IMG/VR virus record: IMGVR_UViG_3300017783_000023
Location: 1 to 57,229 of that record
Source of the DNA: a virus
Taxonomy: Duplodnaviria > Caudoviricetes
Strand: one strand, 5' to 3'
Length of the DNA: 57,229 nucleotides
Shown here piece by piece: positions 45,339 to 54,305 of the stretch. Within the stretch, counting starts at the first letter, position 1. Every line of letters starts with the position of its first letter. The notes under the pieces are model-generated. The model saw only the letters and a list, made by a program, of their open reading frames with translations. It made no database searches and was not told the origin of the DNA. Position numbers and translations under genes: made by a program.

Positions 45339-46142
45339 ATGAGCGTCTTAAGAGTAAATAACGTATACGATCCTTCTGGTGTTGGTGGATTCACCCTCAA
45401 CAGTGGATCTATCGTTGCAAATGGTGAATTAAAAGTAACCAATTTGAATATTAATGGATCGATTACTGGATCGTCCAACTATATTATCCCATCATTTTCT
45501 AGTGGTCAGTATCTATCAAACGATGGAACTAACTTGACCTGGATTGAAGCAGGTTCATCAGGTGGGTTTAGATCTATGCAGGTCTGGACATCTAATGGCA
45601 CTTGGAGTAAACCAAGCAATTGTAAATCGATTAAAGTCGTCGTAATTGGCGCTGGTGGCGGGGGATCGGGTTATTGTGAATCTGGTGGTGCTGGTGGTTC
45701 TGCTCATAAAGTTATCGATGTAACCAATATTAGTAGCGTAACAGTTACTATTGGCAATCCAGGTGGTGGCACAAACTATTCTGGATGTGGTGGAGGTGGT
45801 AATACTTCGTCCTTCGGTAGTTATTGCTCAGGTGGTGGTGGCACTGGCGCTAACTGTCGCCAAAGTAGAGCGGGAGGTACTGGTGGTAATGGATCAGGTG
45901 GTAATCTAAATGTATACGGTGGTGGTGGAAACGGTCACGGATCTAATCACTCATACGGCAATCATGCTGGCGGATCAGGATTTTTTGGTGGATCACAACC
46001 ATCATCCCACAGACAAACTAATTATTCACACAGACATCAATCTCATGCTGCATGGGGTGCTGGTGGAAACGGTGCTAGAAATAGTAACCGTGGAGCAAGA
46101 GGACGCGAAGGTGTGTGTGTAGTTTACGAATATTATTCTTGA
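45339..46142 (+). CDS. Gly/His-rich tail fibre tip protein, paralogue 3
   Basis: Same domain; ATAAATA at 45313. Confidence 0.8.
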   Translation: MSVLRVNNVYDPSGVGGFTLNSGSIVANGELKVTNLNINGSITGSSNYIIPSFSSGQYLSNDGTNLTWIEAGSSGGFRSMQVWTSNGTWSKPSNCKSIKVVVIGAGGGGSGYCESGGAGGSAHKVIDVTNISSVTVTIGNPGGGTNYSGCGGGGNTSSFGSYCSGGGGTGANCRQSRAGGTGGNGSGGNLNVYGGGGNGHGSNHSYGNHAGGSGFFGGSQPSSHRQTNYSHRHQSHAAWGAGGNGARNSNRGARGREGVCVVYEYYS

Positions 46143-46172
46143 TAAATAACAACGAAGGAGACTTAATCTATC

Positions 46173-46601
46173 ATGGCTAAATGGGCAATCTGCAATGCAA
46201 ATAATGGACAATTGTCTGATATTTGCGAAGAAGAAGATAAATTTGAGATCTACGAAGGTGTAGATGCTAACATTAAGTGGGTACCAGTCCCTGATGATTG
46301 TACCTATGAGCACACCATGATTAATGGAGTTGCGGTGCATAGATCTGATACTGAAGATCTCAGAGAAGAAGCAGTGGTTGATAGAACTCTTGCATATGGT
46401 CCAATTGGTGATCAACTTGATATGCAGTATCAAGATCTCCAAGATGGTGGCACACGTTGGAAGGATCACGTTGCTAATGTTAAAGGGTCTACAACAAAAC
46501 CCAGTGACATTGCTGAATATGTGCATAATGAAAAGCATACTCAACTAGAAGGACGCAAACCATGGGATGCATGGGTTGACAATTGGACGCCCCCAGCATA
46601 G
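46173..46601 (+). CDS. tail fibre assembly chaperone-like protein
   Basis: R..AYGPIGDQLDM.Y.D...WKDHV..VK motif; ATAAATA at 46142; AAGGAG SD. Confidence 0.6.
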   Translation: MAKWAICNANNGQLSDICEEEDKFEIYEGVDANIKWVPVPDDCTYEHTMINGVAVHRSDTEDLREEAVVDRTLAYGPIGDQLDMQYQDLQDGGTRWKDHVANVKGSTTKPSDIAEYVHNEKHTQLEGRKPWDAWVDNWTPPA

Positions 46602-46620
46602 ACTAACAATACAACTACAT

Positions 46621-46645
46621 AGAGCAGAATAACTGCTCTTTTTTT
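46621..46645 (+). terminator. Rho-independent terminator abutting the halogenase ATG
   Basis: agagcag-aataa-ctgctct followed by a T-tract. Confidence 0.75.
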
Positions 46646-48262
46646 ATGCGTGTCGAGTCTATTGTTATTGTTGGTGGTGGTAGTAGTGGGTGGATGTCAG
46701 CGGCAATGCTGTCTAAAACTTTCCCCAACATGCAGATTGGTTTAATTGAGAGTGATCAAGGTCCCATTGGTGTAGGTGAGTCTACATTAGGTCATTTTAA
46801 TCGATTTCTAAAAAGATTGGGATTGAAAGATGAAGATTGGATGCCATATTGCAACGCAACTTATAAGACATCAATTGCATTTAAAAACTTCAGACATGGT
46901 AAGGGTGAGAGATTCCAATACCCATTTGGGGAGTTTGATCTAGTTGATTATAAAGACACTGGATTGCAACGATACTTTGAGTTGGGATGTAAGTATGGTC
47001 TTGACAAGTATGGTCCTGATGAGTTTGCTAACTATGTAAACAATCAGACATACTTAGCAGATAAATGTAAGATCTCAAAGGAACCGATTGGTGACAGCAC
47101 CTTTGACTTTGATCTTGATACAGCATATCATTTTGATGCAGGATTGTTTGGTAACTATCTAAGAGATAACATCTGTATTCCTAATGGAGTGATGCACTTC
47201 AAAGGTAGTATTGAAAGGGTAGTAAAGAATCCTGATGGCACCATTGATTCGCTAATTACTGATAAAGATGGATTAATCAAAGCAGATCTTTACATTGATT
47301 GCACAGGTTTCAAGTCACTGTTACTTGAGCAGCACATGGGTAGTAAGTTTATCTCATTCAAAGATAAACTATTCAATGACACAGCATTAGCAACACAGAT
47401 TCCATACTCTGATCGTGAGAATCAGATGGAAACATATACTGACTGTGTTGCAATGGATGCAGGGTGGGTATGGAATATCCCACTATGGAATCGTGTTGGC
47501 ACAGGATATGTTTACTCATCAGATTATATCAATGAGTGTGAGGCAGAGGTAGAGTTTAGGAAGTATCTCAGTGAGAGATATACGCCTGAAATTGCCCAAG
47601 AATGCCAGTTAAGAAAGATAGATATTAGACATGGTAAACGTGAGAAAGCATGGGTTAAGAATGTCATAGGTATTGGATTGTCTTTTGGATTCTTAGAACC
47701 TCTAGAATCTACTGGGTTGATGACAACTCATGAATGTATTCTATTGCTATGTGATTTCTTACAACGTCGCCAAGGATTCTACTCTGGATTTGAAATTGAC
47801 TCATATAATTATCAGTGTGACAATATGATTGAGTCGATGAAGAATTTCATTGCCATTCATTATGCATTGAGTCAACGTGATGATAATCAATACTGGAGAG
47901 ACTGCACTAATATAAATTTTGATATTGATCCAACGTGGTGCCAATCCACCAGATCAGCACACTCTAGCGTAGTTACACTGATTGACAATCCAGAGGATGC
48001 ATTCTATAATCTAGAGAAGCACAGTGGATCAATTTACATTGCTGCTGGTCAAGGTTATAGACCTTTCTCCGAAGGTTTATTCTCTGAGAGACTAAATGCT
48101 TATGCTCAACGAGAAGAGCATGAGGAGTTGCTTGAAGAAATACACACTAAATATCAACAAGACCGAAAAGTCTTAATGGAATGGGTAGACAAACTACCAT
48201 CACACTATGAGTACTTAAGAGACAACATTTATGATCTTCAAGAAGAAGAAACCGTGGGTTAG
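46646..48262 (+). CDS. prnA: flavin-dependent (tryptophan) halogenase family protein
   Basis: VGGGSSGW, IGVGEST, ATYK (catalytic Lys), AYHFDA, IDCTGF, GWVWNIP (WxWxIP), FLEPLESTG. Confidence 0.92.
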   Translation: MRVESIVIVGGGSSGWMSAAMLSKTFPNMQIGLIESDQGPIGVGESTLGHFNRFLKRLGLKDEDWMPYCNATYKTSIAFKNFRHGKGERFQYPFGEFDLVDYKDTGLQRYFELGCKYGLDKYGPDEFANYVNNQTYLADKCKISKEPIGDSTFDFDLDTAYHFDAGLFGNYLRDNICIPNGVMHFKGSIERVVKNPDGTIDSLITDKDGLIKADLYIDCTGFKSLLLEQHMGSKFISFKDKLFNDTALATQIPYSDRENQMETYTDCVAMDAGWVWNIPLWNRVGTGYVYSSDYINECEAEVEFRKYLSERYTPEIAQECQLRKIDIRHGKREKAWVKNVIGIGLSFGFLEPLESTGLMTTHECILLLCDFLQRRQGFYSGFEIDSYNYQCDNMIESMKNFIAIHYALSQRDDNQYWRDCTNINFDIDPTWCQSTRSAHSSVVTLIDNPEDAFYNLEKHSGSIYIAAGQGYRPFSEGLFSERLNAYAQREEHEELLEEIHTKYQQDRKVLMEWVDKLPSHYEYLRDNIYDLQEEETVG

Positions 48263-49106
48263 ATTCTATTCAATAGACCCTGGAGTTGCAGACTTACAAC
48301 CATGGACTCATGCAAGTAAATTGCATAGAAAGTGGCGCACTGATGCAATCAAAGCAGGTAATGATAAAGAGAAACGTTGTCCATATCTTAGAGTAAAGAA
48401 ACTCTGGGATAGAATGTCAGCAGAGTTAAATGGTCAGGAGTCTATTCCTGAGTTATATTCTCATGCAGTGACATGTCCTGCATTGAAAGATGTAATGGAT
48501 TCTGGTTATATTCTCCATGCCCCTGCTGATATTCTAATCAAGACTGATGGCACTGGTGTAAACTTTGAGTGGATATCTCAAATGAGATTCTGCACACAGA
48601 CTGGATCAGGTAAGTATGTCAGTGCTCATATTCCTCAGCAAACAGAGGGTGTGCGAGAGTTAGTTGATCAGACTAAAGATGTATTAGACTGGACAATCAA
48701 ACTAGAATTGCCATGGCGTGTGCAGGCACATCCTGACCTAGTGCTTATGCAGATGCCTATTCCATACTGGGATGAAGATAGATTCACCCCTCCAGTTGGT
48801 GTAGTTGATCCAGCATATTCCTATGAGATTAACTTACAACTATTCTGGCATAAAATAGAAGAGGGTGAATATTTAATTAAGGCAGGTACACCACTATGCC
48901 AGTGGGTGCCAATGCGTCGTGACTACTTAAACAAGAGAAATATTGATTTCTATTGTGAGACAGCAAATGAGGCAGACTTTGAAAACAATGCTATCATGGA
49001 ATACCAACGCCATAAATCTTTTATGGAGATGGAAACATTGAAGGAGCGTATTGAATCTCATCGTCTAATTCTTGCACTAAATAAAAACATTAAGAGGTTT
49101 ATGTGA
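48231..49106 (+). CDS. hypothetical protein (DUF6065-like)
   Basis: TCPALKD..SGYIL..P.D, LPW, GVVD, IKAGTPL.Q..P motifs. Confidence 0.7.
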   Translation: MIFKKKKPWVRFYSIDPGVADLQPWTHASKLHRKWRTDAIKAGNDKEKRCPYLRVKKLWDRMSAELNGQESIPELYSHAVTCPALKDVMDSGYILHAPADILIKTDGTGVNFEWISQMRFCTQTGSGKYVSAHIPQQTEGVRELVDQTKDVLDWTIKLELPWRVQAHPDLVLMQMPIPYWDEDRFTPPVGVVDPAYSYEINLQLFWHKIEEGEYLIKAGTPLCQWVPMRRDYLNKRNIDFYCETANEADFENNAIMEYQRHKSFMEMETLKERIESHRLILALNKNIKRFM

Positions 49107-49492
49107 CCATGGCAAATGAAGAAGTGACAGTTGTTGATCTTGCAGAAATTGCAGGTGTTAGCAAAGAGACTACAGCAAATCCTATTGATGGTCTGATTAG
49201 TTTTGATCAGTTGGTAATGAATTTCCTTCAGCAATATGAAGATACTAAAGACGAGTATCGTAAATTGCAAGAAGCATTAGATAACATGCATTATACTTCC
49301 ACGATCACCAAAATCTCACTGGAAGAGTTGCAAACTAAGAGAGATACTTTGAATAAGTTGAGTGGTGCTGTTGAAGCAATGTCACTCTATAAGAGACATG
49401 TTGATCCTAATTGCACTGAGAGAGAGTTTACTTTTCAGGAAGATGTTCCAGCACCAGTAGAGGAAGCACTACCTGCATCTGATGAAAACTGA
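49103..49492 (+). CDS. acidic coiled-coil hypothetical protein
   Basis: 129 aa with heptad pattern; CTAAATA at 49077. Confidence 0.7.
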   Translation: MTMANEEVTVVDLAEIAGVSKETTANPIDGLISFDQLVMNFLQQYEDTKDEYRKLQEALDNMHYTSTITKISLEELQTKRDTLNKLSGAVEAMSLYKRHVDPNCTEREFTFQEDVPAPVEEALPASDEN

Positions 49493-50132
49493 GTTAATAT
49501 TTCCAACACCAATTTGGAAGTTTGATAATGTTGGTATCGATAGAGAAAAACTCATCGATTTCGTTGATGTTGTGAGAACTGAGGATCCCAAAGGTAGAAA
49601 ATCATCTAACGAGGGTGGATGGCAATCGTGGGACTTCATCGATTCAGTGATGGATAACAATCCATTGAAACAACTTAGAAACTCAATCATGGAGCGAGCA
49701 TATGCTGCTGCCGATGAGTTTGGGTTTAATAATTATAGTCTAGGCATGATCAATCTATGGATCAATGTCAATAATAAGGGAGACTTCAACCAACTTCATA
49801 CTCACCCTGGTGGTGTATTGTCTGGTGTATACTATTTAAAACTCCCATCATGCTGTCATGGTAATCTTACATTCGTAAGAGATCTTCAATATACTTTCAT
49901 GAAAGAATTTTGGGGTGACGGTACAAATGTCCATCATTGGGAGGATATGAATAAAGTCGAGCATGATATCTTTCCAGAAGAAGATCAGATGGTGATCTTT
50001 CCAGCATGGTTACCACATACCGTGGGCAAGTCTGCTGGTGAAGGAGATAGAATCTCCATATCATTTAATATAACCGCCTATTCTGATTATTATCATGAGA
50101 TATATCCAAGTAGAAAATCTACTAAGTCCTAG
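49482..50132 (+). CDS. Fe(II)/2OG oxygenase (TIGR02466-like)
   Basis: IFPTPIW, SNEGGWQS, HTHP..LSGVYY, IFPAWLPH, RISISFN. Confidence 0.88.
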   Translation: MKTELIFPTPIWKFDNVGIDREKLIDFVDVVRTEDPKGRKSSNEGGWQSWDFIDSVMDNNPLKQLRNSIMERAYAAADEFGFNNYSLGMINLWINVNNKGDFNQLHTHPGGVLSGVYYLKLPSCCHGNLTFVRDLQYTFMKEFWGDGTNVHHWEDMNKVEHDIFPEEDQMVIFPAWLPHTVGKSAGEGDRISISFNITAYSDYYHEIYPSRKSTKS

Positions 50133-50763
50133 TTATCTCAAGAGATTGCAAGATCTCACGGGTGGTATGAATGGATTCCCATGGTTTTTCTTATCGGAAG
50201 ATATTAGTTTCAGCACTAAAGATAAGTTTGATTCTGATGGCACGTTAGACATACCTCGTGAAATGCCTATACCTGAAGAGCATAAGACTGTGGGGTTTAC
50301 GCATGTGTTAATGGACCAAGATGGGGTGGAGAGTCCATTCTTGCCCACATTCGCCCCACTATTAGACATCGTTGCTGATGCACTTCCTTACCCTGTAGAA
50401 TTCTTTCGAGTGAGACTGGCACTACAGTTAGCAAACGGGAAAGATGCATATAATGGTCCACATACTGATCATGAGACTGATCATTATGCAGCATTATTCT
50501 ATCTCAACGATTCAAGTGGTGATACTGTTTTCTTCCATGAATATGATGATCCTAGTTATGGATCAGTTGATGAGAGATGGGTCAAAGCAACATCTCAACC
50601 ATATAATAAGTTGATGGGTGTAACACCTGAAGCAAATAAGTTGTTTGTATTCAATGGTCATAGATTCCACTCGTCATCTAATCCAACGACTAATCCTTAC
50701 AGGATTATATTAAACCTCAACTTTAGGTGTGAGCATGATTTATTCGATTTTGCAACAACTTGA
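50095..50763 (+). CDS. Fe(II)/2OG oxygenase
   Basis: FPWF, PHTD, YLNDSSGDTVFF, FNG.RFHSS, RIILNLN. Confidence 0.85.
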   Translation: MRYIQVENLLSPSYLKRLQDLTGGMNGFPWFFLSEDISFSTKDKFDSDGTLDIPREMPIPEEHKTVGFTHVLMDQDGVESPFLPTFAPLLDIVADALPYPVEFFRVRLALQLANGKDAYNGPHTDHETDHYAALFYLNDSSGDTVFFHEYDDPSYGSVDERWVKATSQPYNKLMGVTPEANKLFVFNGHRFHSSSNPTTNPYRIILNLNFRCEHDLFDFATT

Positions 50764-51427
50764 CAAAGACTGGGCTATTGATGACTCTCCACAATATTGG
50801 GAGGGTATAATTGATGATCCATCATACTATGCCACATGGAAAGATGTTGAGTATTGTATTAACAACCCACAATTCTTCGATCTGCAATTTATAGACAGAA
50901 TTTCTAATGTTTATATAGAGTATCCTATTCATGAAAGGTGTTGGTCACGTCCCACACCTGATGTTAAAGTATTGATGGAAGTCTTTAATGATGGTCACAA
51001 TATTATCATTAATAATTTTGATCAGATTGATACTAAGCGACAGAATATAATGAAGAGTGTTGAAGAAACATTCCCAGAAATTAGATCAGCAATGCACATA
51101 TATGCAGGTCTTAAAGATACCAAATCATTCAAAGTGCATGAAGATTGTGCTAACAACTTTATTATTCAAGTAGAAGGACAAACTCACTGGAGAGTATATA
51201 ATAACAGATGTAGCAATATTGTCGGCAAACGCTTTGATTATCCTGAGCATGACTTTCTAGATTGTGCGATTGATGTTATAATGTCACCAGGTGATATGCT
51301 CTACATTCCTGCTAGATGTTATCATCAAGCACAACCTCATGAGAAGAGACTATCAGTAAGTATACCTATGCAACACATGTATCCCCATTTGAAACCTATG
51401 GATCGGCATTATTATGAAATCAATTAA
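50729..51427 (+). CDS. JmjC/cupin-4-type oxygenase
   Basis: SFKVHED..NFIIQVEG.T.W, PGDMLYIPARCYHQA, RLSVS. Confidence 0.85.
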   Translation: MSMIYSILQQLDKDWAIDDSPQYWEGIIDDPSYYATWKDVEYCINNPQFFDLQFIDRISNVYIEYPIHERCWSRPTPDVKVLMEVFNDGHNIIINNFDQIDTKRQNIMKSVEETFPEIRSAMHIYAGLKDTKSFKVHEDCANNFIIQVEGQTHWRVYNNRCSNIVGKRFDYPEHDFLDCAIDVIMSPGDMLYIPARCYHQAQPHEKRLSVSIPMQHMYPHLKPMDRHYYEIN

Positions 51428-52028
51428 TCCATTTCCTATCATTCACCGTTGCAAGTATGAGTTTGACTTCAATGAAGTCTTGCAAGGTAAAGTAGATGGA
51501 CATCTTGCTGCGGCAAAGCAACGTATTGAAGAGAATGGTTATAACACACACGAGAAAGGTGGTGGCACTACGAGTGTAGTTATCAATAAGATTGTGCCTC
51601 CTCATGTATGGGATGAGTTTGAAGATTTCAGACCATGGTTATACGAGCGTATCAATCGTGTGTGGGATATGTGGCACTTAGCACCCATGACTAAACATCT
51701 ATCAGACTCATGGATTAATGTACATCCACCAGGTGCATGGACAGCAGAGCATCATCATCAAAATGTCACAGTTGCCATCGCTGCCTATCTGAATGTCCCT
51801 AAAGATAGTGGTAAGTTTATGGTAAAGAATCCATATTCAATGTATAAACTGGGAGAACCACTTGACTATAACTATTATGATCAGAATATGGATTGGGAGT
51901 ATATTGAGGTGAAGACTGGAGATGTGTTATTCTTTCCAGGATGGTTAACACATAAGACTGAAGTTAACAACGGAACTAAAGATAGATATGTTATGAGTAT
52001 GAATGTAATGGGTAACTATGTCACTTAA
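51414..52028 (+). CDS. Fe(II)/2OG oxygenase (TIGR02466-like)
   Basis: SWIN, EHHH, FFPGWLTH, RYVMSMN. Confidence 0.85.
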   Translation: MKSINPFPIIHRCKYEFDFNEVLQGKVDGHLAAAKQRIEENGYNTHEKGGGTTSVVINKIVPPHVWDEFEDFRPWLYERINRVWDMWHLAPMTKHLSDSWINVHPPGAWTAEHHHQNVTVAIAAYLNVPKDSGKFMVKNPYSMYKLGEPLDYNYYDQNMDWEYIEVKTGDVLFFPGWLTHKTEVNNGTKDRYVMSMNVMGNYVT

Positions 52029-52725
52029 GATAATCGATACTAATCTCATGAGTTGGGATATGTATGAGCATATTGTACATTTACCTTACAAATTTACTAG
52101 GGTCGATGTGCCACCTACCAAAAATATGCCTGAGATTGACGAGGGTGGATTATATTGGACACATCAATTATATAATTACTGTCCAATTGAAGACCCTGAA
52201 TACTATCAAAACGCAGGACTAGAAGGCAGCGAAGATCCTATCTACAAAGATATACTCTCATATCTTGAAGCGACAATCAGGGATTTCCCACCTAGAGAGA
52301 ATCTCTACTCGGCATATATCAATGTGCTTAGATCAAGAGATGATCCAGGTATTCATTGTGATGCTCCATACTTTGTAGAAGATAATCAGACGGTTGTTGT
52401 ATACTTAAATCATTACTGGAATCCACAATTTGGTGGTGAAACTATATTCTTTGATGAAGATCTAGATGCTCAGCGTATAGTACAACCAAGACCTGGTAGA
52501 GTTATCATCTTTGATGGTAGAATACCACACACAGGTAGACCACCAACGCCCAAGTTTAGACATAATAGATATATTATGTCATTCAAATATATGGATCCAG
52601 CATCACGTAAGAAATTGTTTGTTGACCATGAGATTAACAACATGCCACCAATTGAAGATAGTGGAATAGCAGGATTTCACCCACCTACAGTTAAACAGAT
52701 TTGGAAGAAGATGAATGAAACTTAA
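52018..52725 (+). CDS. Fe(II)/2OG oxygenase (prolyl-hydroxylase-like)
   Basis: IHCD, YLN..W..FGGET.F, PGRVIIFDGRIPH, RY..SFK. Confidence 0.88.
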   Translation: MSLKIIDTNLMSWDMYEHIVHLPYKFTRVDVPPTKNMPEIDEGGLYWTHQLYNYCPIEDPEYYQNAGLEGSEDPIYKDILSYLEATIRDFPPRENLYSAYINVLRSRDDPGIHCDAPYFVEDNQTVVVYLNHYWNPQFGGETIFFDEDLDAQRIVQPRPGRVIIFDGRIPHTGRPPTPKFRHNRYIMSFKYMDPASRKKLFVDHEINNMPPIEDSGIAGFHPPTVKQIWKKMNET

Positions 52726-53233
52726 AGAATGGTTTGATAGAACTGAAGGTCACTGGTTGAGTGAGCGCAGATATATTTTCAATAGTCGTCCTTCAATGAT
52801 GACTAGCAGGATTTATACAGGTCCATTAGAAGAAGAGAGAGTGTCATTAATTCCTGACACTTTTAATGCTGATCTTTTCCTCAAATTCAAGTGGACCACT
52901 ACACATTATGACACCTTGAAGGAAGTTTCTGGTGGTGAAATGTTAGTTGGTGTAAATACTACAGATCACACGATTTACAGGTCTGTCGGTTACATGACTG
53001 ACAAACCAACTGTTACTAACGTAACCATGGTTGATGATGACACAGTTGTGTTGATTACCGAATATGATAATCAACAATTTCGAGAAGAAATTAGACTTTT
53101 GCATAATGATACGGTAAGATTACGTCAGACCGTTGGTTTCTCTGGAGACAGAGTAACTGTCGTTGGTCAGTATTATGAGACTCGCACGGATGATTACGAT
53201 GTTCAACAAGTCAGCAATCCTATCCTCCAATGA
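52715..53233 (+). CDS. S-type (CpcS/CpeS/CpcV-like) phycobiliprotein lyase
   Basis: WF..TEG.W.SERRY, YRSVGY.T, TEY...FREEIRL...RLRQTVG...GQY.E.R. Confidence 0.7.
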   Translation: MKLKEWFDRTEGHWLSERRYIFNSRPSMMTSRIYTGPLEEERVSLIPDTFNADLFLKFKWTTTHYDTLKEVSGGEMLVGVNTTDHTIYRSVGYMTDKPTVTNVTMVDDDTVVLITEYDNQQFREEIRLLHNDTVRLRQTVGFSGDRVTVVGQYYETRTDDYDVQQVSNPILQ

Positions 53234-53354
53234 AAAGGGGATGATTAAACAAGCATTGTTTTTATATCAAAAAAACATGTATGAACGGAATGGTGAGTTG
53301 ACACCAACCCAAAAAGATACGATACAAACCATAGTTAATACATTGCATCTATAA
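53199..53354 (+). CDS. small hypothetical protein
   Basis: MFNKSAILSSNEKGMIKQALFLYQK...; likely start 53199. Confidence 0.55.
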   Translation: MFNKSAILSSNEKGMIKQALFLYQKNMYERNGELTPTQKDTIQTIVNTLHL

Positions 53355-53355
53355 T

Positions 53356-53976
53356 ATGGAAATCTTGCCCCTCTTTGCTCAACCAGTTTATATCGACGTT
53401 GTTGATATGCCAACGGATATAGTAAAGAGAGCAAGCAAGACTGCCATGCAGGATATGGAGTTAGACTCACACTATTCTAAGAATGGTTCAATGTCTGACG
53501 ATACTCAATGGTTATCACACAATCTAGATGTTAAAGACATTGTTGATACTCACATGGACATATATGTGCATGAAGCATTATCAATCAGTCGTAGACATAC
53601 AATACAACATCAATCGTCATGGATTAATTATCATGGCATTGGTGATAGTGCCGCTGAGCATACTCACCCCAACAGTATGTTTAGCGGTTGTTTGTATATT
53701 AAGGTGCCACCCAACTGTGGTGAGTTTCGTCTGAGAATGCCAACAATGTTTCCAACCTACTTGACGAGCACTGTGCAACCTGATATCATGGAGAGCAACT
53801 ACCTCAATCAAAGGGAGTTTCCGATCGAACCATGTGATGGCACTATTATTATCTTTCCTTCACATCTACCTCACTATGTCTCACCCTCAGAGACTGAAGA
53901 TGATAGATACTCATGCGCCTTTAATTATTTCCTAAAAGGCACATTTGGAAGGGAAGACACTGCTTTGACTCTATGA
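53356..53976 (+). CDS. Fe(II)/2OG oxygenase (TIGR02466-like)
   Basis: LFAQPVY, SWIN, HTHPNS.FSGCLY, IFPSHLPH, RYSCAFN. Confidence 0.88.
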   Translation: MEILPLFAQPVYIDVVDMPTDIVKRASKTAMQDMELDSHYSKNGSMSDDTQWLSHNLDVKDIVDTHMDIYVHEALSISRRHTIQHQSSWINYHGIGDSAAEHTHPNSMFSGCLYIKVPPNCGEFRLRMPTMFPTYLTSTVQPDIMESNYLNQREFPIEPCDGTIIIFPSHLPHYVSPSETEDDRYSCAFNYFLKGTFGREDTALTL

Positions 53977-54305
53977 CTATTCCACTATTACTCTCAGAAT
54001 CTGTGCCAAAAGAAGTAAGCAACATTTTGAAGTCTCTCCAACTGGGGATGACTGCTAGATACAAGAACATGACTGGGACTATTGAATTCGTTGATGATTC
54101 TTACATCACGTTGTGTATTAGTAAGAGACCTAACAATGATCCCAATGCAAGACAACAATTCACTAAATGTTGCTTATGCATATATCCTCACCAGTGGGAT
54201 GACTTAGAGATCGAAGATTCTCACTTTTATGATCACAAAGCATTTAGGGGAAAAACTAACGATCACCCAGGAAACGACATGCTCCCACCGATCGACGAGC
54301 GATAG
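53973..54305 (+). CDS. hypothetical cyanophage protein
   Basis: G.IEFVDDSYITLCI...CCLCIYP..W. Confidence 0.7.
   Translation: MTIPLLLSESVPKEVSNILKSLQLGMTARYKNMTGTIEFVDDSYITLCISKRPNNDPNARQQFTKCCLCIYPHQWDDLEIEDSHFYDHKAFRGKTNDHPGNDMLPPIDER

Noticed and set aside
43677-46142. Diversity-generating retroelement (TR/VR) behind the repeated fibre sequences
   Set aside because: No reverse transcriptase in the window, all copies are full ORFs, and differences are not adenine-specific
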